The notes beneath the pieces are model-generated. The model saw only the letters and a list, made by a program, of their open reading frames with translations, was not told the DNA's origin and did not search any database. Shown one piece after another: positions 46,009 to 54,455 of a stretch of 64,000 nucleotides of DNA. Origin of the DNA: an uncultured Solirubrobacterales bacterium. GTDB taxonomy: Bacteria; Actinomycetota; Thermoleophilia; Solirubrobacterales; JBBDJG01. The position numbers were made by a program, and so were the translations under genes. Where the stretch lies: positions 116,073-180,072 of the forward strand of contig CAVRTB010000002.1 of assembly GCA_963724065.1 (NCBI GenBank). Reading direction: 5' to 3'. Numbering within the stretch: position 1 is the stretch's first letter; every line of letters begins with the position of its first letter.

Positions 46009-49000
46009 GTGGCCCCGGCGCGCGCGGTCACCCTGGCGCCCGGCTTCCAGGAGACGACGGCGCTCCAGGGACTCGAGATACCGACCGCGATCTCGTTCGC
46101 CCCGAACGGGCGCGTGTTCGTCGCCGAGAAGAACGGCATGCTCAAGACGTTCGACAGCATCTCGGACAACACCCCGACGGTTTTCGCGGACCTGCGCACC
46201 CAGGTCCACTCGTTCAGCGACCGGGGCCTCCTCGGCCTGACCGTCGATCCGGGGTTCCCGGCCAACCCCTACGTCTACGTGATGTACGCGCATGACGCCC
46301 CGATCGGCGGGACGGCGCCCACCTATGGGGCACCCGGCCAGGGCTCCGACGACTGCCCATCCCCACCGGACGGCCCGGGAGCGCACGGCTGCGTCGCAAG
46401 CTCGCGCATCTCACGGCTGAACGCCGCGGGTGACGTCATGACCGGCACCGAGCAGGTGCTCGTCGAGGACTTCTGCGACCAGTTCGGCTGGCATGGCGGC
46501 GGCGGCCTGGAGTTCGGAGCCGACGGCTATCTGTACGCGACGGGCGGGGACGGCTCGTCGCCGATCCACTGGGACTACGGACAGGACGCCGACCCGGCCA
46601 CCGACTGGCACCCGATCAACCCGTGCGGCGACCCGCCGGCCGGCGTCGACGGCGTGCAGTCCCCGCCGACCGCGGAGGGCGGGCGCCTGCGCACGCAGGA
46701 CCTGCGCACCCCGGGCGACCCGCTCGGCCTGTCCGGCTCGCTGATCCGAATCGACCCGGCCACCGGCGCCGGCGTACCGGGCAACCCCATGTTCGCGAGC
46801 GCCGACCCGAACGCTCGACGGATGCTCGCGCACGGGCTGCGCAACGCCTTCAGGATCGCGATCAGGCCCGGCACCACCGACGTCTGGATCGGCGATGTGG
46901 GGGGCGCCGGCTGGGAAGAGATCAACCACGTGCCGGCTCCCACCGACCCCGTTCGGAACTTCGGCTGGCCCTGTTACGAGGGCGGGCTCGACGAAGCCGG
47001 GACTCCCTTCGCCGCCAAGATCGGAGCCGCGGACCAGCTGAACCTGAACGTCTGCGAGAACCTGTTTGCGCAGCAGGGCGCCACGACCCCGCCCTATTTC
47101 GCGTACGCCCATTCTCAGGAGCTGACCCCGGGGGACGGGTGCGGCACCGGCGGGAGCGTGATCTCCGCGATCGGCTTCTACCCGATGACGGGCGGCACGT
47201 TCCCGGCCGCCTACGACGGCGCGCTGCTGCTCGGCGATCTCGCGCGGCGTTGCATCTGGGCGATGCTCGTGGGCCCGGACGGGCTGCCGGACCCGACGCG
47301 CATCCAGCGCCTCGTCGACGACGCCGGCTCCCCGGTCGACCTGACGATCGGCCCCGGAGGCGACTTGTTCTACGTGGACATCTACGGGGGTGCGATCCGC
47401 CGCGTGCACTACACCGGCAACCCGAACAACAGCCCACCGACCGCGATTGCGCAGGCGGACGTCACGAACGGAGACGTCCCGCTCACGGTGGGCTTCGACG
47501 GAACGGACTCCTCGGATCCGGACGCGGGGGACACGCTGACCTATCAGTGGGATCTCGACGGCGACGGCGACCTCGACGATTCGACGGCCCAGTCCCCGTC
47601 GTTCACCTACACGACCGAGGGGACCGTCGTCGTGAGCCTGCGGGTGACCGACGCGGTCGGACTGATGGACACTGACACCGTGACCATCTATCCGGGGGGC
47701 GGGCCCCCAGCCGTCACGATCGACTCCCCCAGCCCGTCAACCGAGTGGGCGGTCGGGGACACGCTCTCCTTCTCGGGGTCGGCGACGGACCCCGACGACG
47801 GGCCGCTGCCCGCGTCCGCGCTCGACTGGGCGCTCGTCCTGCACCACTGTCCCTTCAACATCTGCCACGAGCACCCCCAGCGGGAGTGGACCGGTGTTTC
47901 GAGCGGATCGTTCACCACACCCAACCACGACTGGCCCGCCCACCTCGAGCTGCGCGCCACGGGGCGGGACTCTGAGGGGAACGCCGGCTCCGCGAGCCTC
48001 CAGCTCGAATCGCAGCAGGTCAACCTGAACATCCAGACCATTCCTCGCGGGATGTACATCATCTGGAACGACCTCGTGCTCCCGTCCACGTACTCGCAGA
48101 ACGCGATTGCCGGCTCGGTGAACACGCTCAGCACGCCCTCGCCGCAGACGCTCGGCAACACGACCTATCAGTTCGCGGGCTGGCTGCACGGCCCGGCGCA
48201 AACGCACACGCTCGTCGCGCCCGGCACGACCAGGACCTACACCGCGCGCTTCACCGCGCTCCAGCCCGGCACGCAGGTTTTCGGCCTCAGGCCGGAGGCC
48301 GACGCGTACGTCGACGAGTCGCTCCCCGGCGCGAACTTCGGCGGCGCGCAACTGTTGCGGACCGGCGCGGCCGCGGGGGCGCAGACCGAGACGCACCTGC
48401 GCTTCCTGGTCGACGGCATCGTCGGCAAGATCGAGTCAGCCACCCTGCGGCTGCGCTCGATCACGGACACGGCGGACGGCCCTGCCGTGTTCCGCACGAG
48501 CGCTCCCTGGACCGAGAACGGGATCAACTGGGCGAACCGGCCGGCCGCCGCGGGCGGGGTGCTTGACGACGCGGGCGCGATTGCGGCGGGAACCGTGACC
48601 GACCTCGACGTCACATCGGCCGTGACCGGCGAGGGGGCCGTCAGCTTCAAGCTGGCCGGCACGTCGTCCGATCCGATCGACATCCACTCACGCGAGGCCG
48701 GTGTGGCCGCGAACAGCCCGTCGCTCCAGATCACGATGAGCAACGACGCCTACCCGCGCCCGAAGGGCGCAACGCCCGCGGTGACGCCGCTGGTGCCGGC
48801 CTACCGCCAGTGCACCGCGGCAAACCGCGTCCACGGGCCGCCGCTCGCGAGCGGCTCGTGCGCTGCACCCGCACAGAGCTCCACCGACCTGACGGTCGGA
48901 TCGCCGGATGCGAACGGTGCCGCCGCGCAGGCCGCGGGCAGGTTCTCGCTCGCCGCGCGGCTCGGGATCCCGTCGACGCCGGCGGACGAGGCGGACGTCG

Positions 49001-49368
49001 AGGTCACGCTGTCGGTCAGCGACGTACGCCGTCAGGCCGGGCTCGGCGATTACGCCGGCGAGCTCCAGGCGGCGCCGACCGTCCGCATCACCGACCGCAA
49101 CAGCAGCCCGAGTGGCACTGATCCGGCGACGCTCACCGACGTGACGCTCCCGGTGACCATTCCGTGCGCGACGACGGCCGACGCGACGATCGGCTCGTCG
49201 TGCGCCGCGACGACCACGATGGAAGCGATCCTGCCGGGACTCCTCAGAGAGGGCGCCCGCGCCGTGTGGGAGGTCCGCCGGGTGGAGGTCCTCGACGGCG
49301 GCCCGGACGGTGACGCGGACACACCCGGCAACGGGGTGTTCCTGCGGCAAGGGCTGTTCGTGCCGTGA
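46009..49368 (+). CDS. Secreted multi-domain protein, array gene 4 (same architecture); the true start is probably upstream of 46009
   Basis: Same motif series (WHGGGGLEFGADGYLYATGGDG, RNFGWPCYEG, PKD, HCPFNICHEH, FAGWLHGP, DNRLRE-like, and YPRPKGATP to QGLFVP). GTG 46009 would give MAPARA|VTLAPGFQ with no h-region. The in-frame upstream codons encode REKSTLVAALAAALFALAFAVAPARA, with only CTG codons (45922, 45964) available as starts. Confidence 0.85.
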   Translation: MAPARAVTLAPGFQETTALQGLEIPTAISFAPNGRVFVAEKNGMLKTFDSISDNTPTVFADLRTQVHSFSDRGLLGLTVDPGFPANPYVYVMYAHDAPIGGTAPTYGAPGQGSDDCPSPPDGPGAHGCVASSRISRLNAAGDVMTGTEQVLVEDFCDQFGWHGGGGLEFGADGYLYATGGDGSSPIHWDYGQDADPATDWHPINPCGDPPAGVDGVQSPPTAEGGRLRTQDLRTPGDPLGLSGSLIRIDPATGAGVPGNPMFASADPNARRMLAHGLRNAFRIAIRPGTTDVWIGDVGGAGWEEINHVPAPTDPVRNFGWPCYEGGLDEAGTPFAAKIGAADQLNLNVCENLFAQQGATTPPYFAYAHSQELTPGDGCGTGGSVISAIGFYPMTGGTFPAAYDGALLLGDLARRCIWAMLVGPDGLPDPTRIQRLVDDAGSPVDLTIGPGGDLFYVDIYGGAIRRVHYTGNPNNSPPTAIAQADVTNGDVPLTVGFDGTDSSDPDAGDTLTYQWDLDGDGDLDDSTAQSPSFTYTTEGTVVVSLRVTDAVGLMDTDTVTIYPGGGPPAVTIDSPSPSTEWAVGDTLSFSGSATDPDDGPLPASALDWALVLHHCPFNICHEHPQREWTGVSSGSFTTPNHDWPAHLELRATGRDSEGNAGSASLQLESQQVNLNIQTIPRGMYIIWNDLVLPSTYSQNAIAGSVNTLSTPSPQTLGNTTYQFAGWLHGPAQTHTLVAPGTTRTYTARFTALQPGTQVFGLRPEADAYVDESLPGANFGGAQLLRTGAAAGAQTETHLRFLVDGIVGKIESATLRLRSITDTADGPAVFRTSAPWTENGINWANRPAAAGGVLDDAGAIAAGTVTDLDVTSAVTGEGAVSFKLAGTSSDPIDIHSREAGVAANSPSLQITMSNDAYPRPKGATPAVTPLVPAYRQCTAANRVHGPPLASGSCAAPAQSSTDLTVGSPDANGAAAQAAGRFSLAARLGIPSTPADEADVEVTLSVSDVRRQAGLGDYAGELQAAPTVRITDRNSSPSGTDPATLTDVTLPVTIPCATTADATIGSSCAATTTMEAILPGLLREGARAVWEVRRVEVLDGGPDGDADTPGNGVFLRQGLFVP

Positions 49369-49406
49369 TGCGCGCGTAGCAGCGCCTCTCGGACTGCTTG
49401 GAAGCG

Positions 49407-50408
49407 TCAGTCCAGGTGGCCCGCGCGCTGCATGCCCCACATCGGAGCGAGGTCGCAGGCAAGCTCCACCCCCGCTGCGAGCCGGCGCAGCGCCACCTCG
49501 CGTGAGGGCGCCGCAAACACGTCGAGCGGAACGTCCAGCAATTCCTGCTCGGCGATCACGCTGACCACGATGTCCGGCCGCTCGTCCTCGACCAGCTCGA
49601 AGTCGAGAAACCGCGAGTGGACGAACACCAAGCGCCTGAAGCTCTCCGCGAGAAAGGGCAGCAGCCGGTAAGCGCAGTCGTCACCGAACACGAGCGCCGT
49701 CGGCGTCGCCTCCGCGCACTCGGTGATGAGGACCCTGCCCTCACCGGGAATGCGAGAGTCGAACAGGAGGCCCGCCAGGCGCGGATGAGGGCGCCCGAGC
49801 AGGGTCCGCAGACAGCGGTCGGGGTCGATCCGGCAACTCAGGTCACCGCGCGCCTCGCGCCAGGAGAAGCCGACGTCCTCCCGCGAGAGGCGCCGCACAT
49901 CCGCCTCCTGTGCGAGGTCACCGATCAGCGCCTCATATGCCACGAACGCGCCGTTCGAGTTCCAATGGCTGTCGTGGTACGCGAAGGTGGCTCGCGGGTC
50001 GGCCGCGCTCAGCTCGGCAGCCGGATACAGGACGCGCGCCGCGTCGGCGTGCTCGCTCAGGTGCTGCTCCAGTTGCCGCACCGCGCGGACCGTGGCGACG
50101 GTCACGCGATCCGGGAGCAGCTCCGGATAGACCACGTGCTTGGCAGGCGCCACCATCAACCGGTACGCGCCGTCGTGCGCCGTCACCCAGGACGAACGGA
50201 TCTCGAGCGTGCGCTGCCAGCTGCGCAACGCCCGCTGCGTGAGGCGTACGTCGCCGGTCACGGCCCCCATCCGCTGCGGGTCGAATAGCCACTCACCGAG
50301 TCCCTCCAGGACGGGCAGCCCGGCATTGGCGCTCTGCGCGATCCCCTCGGGCATCACGCTCGCGAGCAGGTCGAGGTCGTCGCGTGTCCGTGTATCTGAC
50401 GACGTCAT
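49407..50408 (-). CDS. AlgJ/AlgX-like (DHHW-motif, SGNH-like) acyltransferase/esterase family protein
   Basis: GEWLF, APAKHVVYPELLP, YHDSHWNSNGAFVAYEAL and LVFGDDCAY fit the AlgJ/AlgX N-terminal domain pattern. No signal peptide or TM segment is visible. Confidence 0.75.
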   Translation of the reverse strand: MTSSDTRTRDDLDLLASVMPEGIAQSANAGLPVLEGLGEWLFDPQRMGAVTGDVRLTQRALRSWQRTLEIRSSWVTAHDGAYRLMVAPAKHVVYPELLPDRVTVATVRAVRQLEQHLSEHADAARVLYPAAELSAADPRATFAYHDSHWNSNGAFVAYEALIGDLAQEADVRRLSREDVGFSWREARGDLSCRIDPDRCLRTLLGRPHPRLAGLLFDSRIPGEGRVLITECAEATPTALVFGDDCAYRLLPFLAESFRRLVFVHSRFLDFELVEDERPDIVVSVIAEQELLDVPLDVFAAPSREVALRRLAAGVELACDLAPMWGMQRAGHLD

Positions 50409-50430
50409 GGGCCTCCGGGCGTCGTTGCCG

Positions 50431-51453
50431 TCACGCTGCGACTGTGTCCGCCCCGCGCGCCGGTCCTTCCGGCCAATTCAGGGTCTTCGGCCGCAGCGCA
50501 CCGGCGCGTCGCTTGTCGCCCGCGTCCTCACGCGTACTGCGGGCGTTGACATCACATGGGATGCTCGCGAAGAACCGCTCGTTCAAGACGCTCACCACGA
50601 CCCGCGGGCGCTCCTGCTCGACGAGCCCGAAGTCGAGCGTCGGCGTGTGGGCGAGCACGACACGCCCGAACGCGTGCGCGAAGAAGGGCATCAGGGTGTA
50701 CGAGTACGAGTCCCCGAGCACGACGCAGGTCGAGTCCGGTGCGCTGTCGTTCTCGGTCTCGATCAGCGAGCCCCTGTTGGCGACGCAGTTGTCGCGGACG
50801 AGCCGGATGCTCGGATGGGTCACGTTCACCAAGACCCCGGCGGAGGTCTCGTTGGGATCGACCTTGTAACCGAGGTCGCCGGTCGTGGTCTCGGCCCGGA
50901 AGATGACGTCCTCGCGCTCCGTGACGGCGAGCTCGATCCCGGCCGCGATCATCTCCCGCTCCAGTGCCCTGTAGGTGAGGAAGGCGCCGTATCCGGTCCA
51001 GTGCGTGTCCGTCCTGCGAAAGACCGGGAGGTCGTCCTCCTTGGCAGCCGCGAGCTCGTCCACCGGGTAGAGCACCCGGACCTGGGACCCGGCCTCGGCC
51101 AGCCGGTTCAAAACCTGATGCACGGGCCGCTCAGGCGCGGTCACCACCTCTGGAGGCAGCATCTCCGGGTACACGGAATGCGTGTTGGGCGGAATCACGA
51201 AGAAGTACTGCGCCCCACGTGCCAGCAGCCACGCCCTGCGTGTCTCGAGAGTGCGGTGCCAGCTGCGGACCTCGGCCTCGCTGAACCGCCGGTCGCCCGA
51301 ATGCCGGCTCAAGACCTGATTCGAGTCGTTGGCGAGGAACAGCCAGCCGTCCTTGCCCCGGATGACCTTGCTGTCGTCCTTGAGGATGAACATCTCTCCC
51401 GGTTCCGGCGCCTGTGCGGGCATCCCGGGATTATGAGCCAGGGGTCCAGCCAC
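50431..51453 (-). CDS. AlgJ/AlgX-like (DHHW-motif, SGNH-like) acyltransferase/esterase family protein (tandem paralog)
   Basis: GKDGWLFLANDSN, PPNTHSVYPEMLP, RRTDTHWTGYGAFLTYRAL and VVLGDSYSY. No signal peptide visible. The start may be the internal Met (MFILKDD). Confidence 0.75.
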   Translation of the reverse strand: MAGPLAHNPGMPAQAPEPGEMFILKDDSKVIRGKDGWLFLANDSNQVLSRHSGDRRFSEAEVRSWHRTLETRRAWLLARGAQYFFVIPPNTHSVYPEMLPPEVVTAPERPVHQVLNRLAEAGSQVRVLYPVDELAAAKEDDLPVFRRTDTHWTGYGAFLTYRALEREMIAAGIELAVTEREDVIFRAETTTGDLGYKVDPNETSAGVLVNVTHPSIRLVRDNCVANRGSLIETENDSAPDSTCVVLGDSYSYTLMPFFAHAFGRVVLAHTPTLDFGLVEQERPRVVVSVLNERFFASIPCDVNARSTREDAGDKRRAGALRPKTLNWPEGPARGADTVAA

Positions 51454-51528
51454 TCGTCGCGCGGCCGCACGAAAACGGGGCGCCGCTCGTCGAGCGGCGC
51501 CCCGTTGCGCGCTACTGCTGCCTACCGC

Positions 51529-53997
51529 TTACCGGTGGGAGTCGTAGCTGATCGCCTGCTGGAACGTGGGCCGGTTGGTCCACCGCATCGTGAAGGGCAG
51601 GAAGCCCGGCGAGAAGAAGATCCTCTCGGTCGAAGCGTCCGACCTCCACACCGTCGGGTCCGGGTCCTCGAAGACGGCCTCGAGCTCGTTGCCCGCCTCT
51701 TCGAGTGCGGCCCACAGGGAGTCGCGGCAGGTGACGAGGTCGCCGGCGCCGCAGAACTTCGTCTTGAAGGGCCCTGCGACCGGCCGGCCGGCCAGTGAGC
51801 GCAGGTCCTTCTCGACGTAGCCGTACCAGCCGCCCCCGTACGAGGACCCCTGGTTGTTGGCCTTGTTGTCCCTGCCCATGATGCTCGCCAGGTCGTCGAG
51901 CTCCGGCCCGAGCACGGGACCCATGACCGCATCGGCGATCTTGGTCCACGCCTGATCGAGGATCGCCGCGCCGGGATGGTCGATCACCCCGTTGTTGTCG
52001 GCGTCGAGCCGGCTACCGCCCTGGTCGCGCCAGTCCCGGAGCACGTCGAGCATCTGCTGCGCGCGAGCGCTGGGTGCGCCACCCGTACCGAGGACGGCGT
52101 TGATGCCCTTGAACGCCTGCGCGATGCGCAGGTCCTGCGTGGCGGCGTAGTTCATCGCGCCGACAGTGGACGCCAGCGTGTGCGTCTGGGCCGTGTCGAC
52201 CGCAACCTCGAGCAGCTCGTTGCGGTGCACCGAGCCGTAGGTCCAGTTGTCGTCCGCCGCCTGCCACCCGGCCGCCGGCTTGTTGTTCCAGTTGAGGATC
52301 GTGCCGTCCGCCGGCGCGGTGCCGTGCGGGTGCTTGTCCTTGTCCATGAAGCCGCGCCACTCGTACTTGCCGGTGCCCTTCGTCGGCAGCCCGAGGTCGA
52401 CCTGGGGGTGCCGGACGGGGAGCCGGCCGCCCGAGAACATCGCCACGTCGTCCTTGTCCGCGTAGAACCAGTTGAACGTGAACTCGATGTCGTTCGCGGC
52501 GTCGAAGAAGCTGTCGACGCTGTCGACAGTCCCATCGTTGAGCTGCTCGAACCCGAATGCGCTCACGACCTCGCGGTTGCGGGTGGTGCGCGCCGTCGAG
52601 AGCGCCACGCGCTCGCCGTCGACCGTGGCGTAGCCGATCACCGGCCCGTGCACGGTCTCGTTGAAGACGACCGGCGTGCCGGCGCCGAACCCGACGCGAC
52701 CTGCGTCGAACGTCGTCATCTCACGGCACTCGCCGTCGAAGCGGTAGTGCGTGTCGTCCCCGCACAGCTCCTCGGCGAAGATGTCGATGTTGTCGTTCCC
52801 CGCCGAGGTGGCGCTCCACGAAAAGTCCGGCCCACGGCCGAGCTCCACGTAGGGGCCCGATCCCGGGAAGGTGACGCCGCGGGCGTCGATGCCGCCCCCG
52901 TGCACGTCGACTTCATAGAGGATCTGCGGGTAGAAGTACCCGACCTGCGGTCCCGCCACGAAGAACGGGTTGCCGGTGGCCGAGCGCTCCGCGCCGATCA
53001 GCACTGCGTTGCTGGCGTTCTGCTGCTCCGCCTGGTTGACGGCCGATGCCTGCGCCGCGGCGTTGTCGATGCTGTCAGCGTCGATGATCGAGTTGCCGTT
53101 CTGGTTGGGACGCGGGTGGGTCAGGCGGAACTTGCCGTCGATCGAGACCGAGGTCTCAGGGTCGTTCTGCTCACGCAGGTCGTTCCAGACCTGCTCGCCC
53201 TTGCGCTGTCCGAGGCGGTCCTGGAGTGCGGACAGAAGCTGCGCACGACGCGCCTCGTCGCCGCCGCCCTTGCCGAAGACCGCGCCGATCAATGCCGCGA
53301 TCGCGACCACGTCATTGCGGTTCCACGCGCGGCCCGACGTCCCGGCGATCGCGCGGTAGTCGTTGATGCCCTCGAGGTACTCGTCGACGTCGTCGATGAT
53401 CTGCTGCCCACCCGGCCGCGAGAGGACGAGGTCGACCTGCTGTGCGAGGAAGTCCTCGGTCTCCTGGGACGGGTTGAACGGCACGAAGGACTGAGCCAGC
53501 TGGAATGCGTTCAGTCCAGGGGCGTCGAGCACCGCCGCGCGGCCGGGGCCACGCAACGTGTCCATCAGCAGCATGCGGTCCTCCGCCGTCACGTACCCGA
53601 CCGCGTACATCGCGTCCGGGCGGTTGTCGGCATCGATGTGCGGGACGCTGAAGGTGTCACGCTGGACGACCACACCCGGACGACCCGGGAAAGTCTGCGT
53701 GCGCTGCACGGACAGGTTGCCCAGGCCGAACACGTTCTGCTTGAAGAAGTTCGGTAGGTCCGCTGCCGTGACATCGGCCCGCTTCGGCGTGAGCCCGTCG
53801 TACAGCGGGATCTGGTTCGTCGAGTTCGGCGTGAACAGGAACGTGCCGCCCTGACCCGGCGGGAGAACGTCGAACGCCTCGCCGGCCTTCGAATGGTCGG
53901 TCGCCGTCTGCCCGAACGCGACGGACGCCTGAGCGCCCAGCGCGAGAATTGCGGCCGCGCAAAGAACGGCCCAGAACCTGCCAGCTAAGGACATCAC
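51529..53997 (-). CDS. Secreted penicillin-amidase-family Ntn hydrolase (acylase)
   Basis: AGGAGG Shine-Dalgarno sequence. Signal peptide (FWAVLCAAAILALGAQASVAFG). Nucleophile context QNASNAVLIGAERSATGNPFFVAGPQVGYFYPQILYE and RGPDFSWSATSAGND. It lacks the C-terminal module seen in 2991-6128. Confidence 0.9.
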   Translation of the reverse strand: MMSLAGRFWAVLCAAAILALGAQASVAFGQTATDHSKAGEAFDVLPPGQGGTFLFTPNSTNQIPLYDGLTPKRADVTAADLPNFFKQNVFGLGNLSVQRTQTFPGRPGVVVQRDTFSVPHIDADNRPDAMYAVGYVTAEDRMLLMDTLRGPGRAAVLDAPGLNAFQLAQSFVPFNPSQETEDFLAQQVDLVLSRPGGQQIIDDVDEYLEGINDYRAIAGTSGRAWNRNDVVAIAALIGAVFGKGGGDEARRAQLLSALQDRLGQRKGEQVWNDLREQNDPETSVSIDGKFRLTHPRPNQNGNSIIDADSIDNAAAQASAVNQAEQQNASNAVLIGAERSATGNPFFVAGPQVGYFYPQILYEVDVHGGGIDARGVTFPGSGPYVELGRGPDFSWSATSAGNDNIDIFAEELCGDDTHYRFDGECREMTTFDAGRVGFGAGTPVVFNETVHGPVIGYATVDGERVALSTARTTRNREVVSAFGFEQLNDGTVDSVDSFFDAANDIEFTFNWFYADKDDVAMFSGGRLPVRHPQVDLGLPTKGTGKYEWRGFMDKDKHPHGTAPADGTILNWNNKPAAGWQAADDNWTYGSVHRNELLEVAVDTAQTHTLASTVGAMNYAATQDLRIAQAFKGINAVLGTGGAPSARAQQMLDVLRDWRDQGGSRLDADNNGVIDHPGAAILDQAWTKIADAVMGPVLGPELDDLASIMGRDNKANNQGSSYGGGWYGYVEKDLRSLAGRPVAGPFKTKFCGAGDLVTCRDSLWAALEEAGNELEAVFEDPDPTVWRSDASTERIFFSPGFLPFTMRWTNRPTFQQAISYDSHR

Positions 53998-54104
53998 CCC
54001 TCCTGTAGTTGCACCCCCGAAGGCGCGAGTCTAACCGGATCCCGACACCGGATTCCAGACTCGCCGGTCAGTTCTGGGGTACGGGCGCGGCGCCCACGCT
54101 CAGC

Positions 54105-54392
54105 TCAGAGGGGAGCGATGCGACGCGGCGGCGGCGCGGAAGGGCCGCTCCACGTCTCCCAATCCGGGGACACGCAGGCCTCCCAGCCGGTGACAGTGGT
54201 GACGCGCCCGATGCACGACCCGCCGCCGATGTCCACCAGCACGACGGGCTCGCCGGACCGCGGCGCACGTGGGCCGCGCATCAGAAAGCGCAGCGCGGTC
54301 CAGATGCAGTCGTCCTCGTCGCGATCCGCGAGGTCCGCGCGCAGCACGACCTCACGCGCTTCGAAGTCCATTTCCTCCCGCATTCCGTCCAT
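54105..54392 (-). CDS. Hypothetical protein (95 aa)
   Basis: Balanced amino-acid composition (MDGMREEMDFEAREVVLRADLADRDEDDCIWTALRF...) with GC-rich third positions. A TAGGCG -10-like hexamer lies 6 nt upstream of the ATG, so the transcript may be leaderless. No family recognised. Confidence 0.4.
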   Translation of the reverse strand: MDGMREEMDFEAREVVLRADLADRDEDDCIWTALRFLMRGPRAPRSGEPVVLVDIGGGSCIGRVTTVTGWEACVSPDWETWSGPSAPPPRRIAPL

Positions 54393-54455
54393 GTTTTTCG
54401 CCTACCCGGATTCGCGGCTGTCAACCGGTACCGGTGTACGCGCGAAGACATGCCC

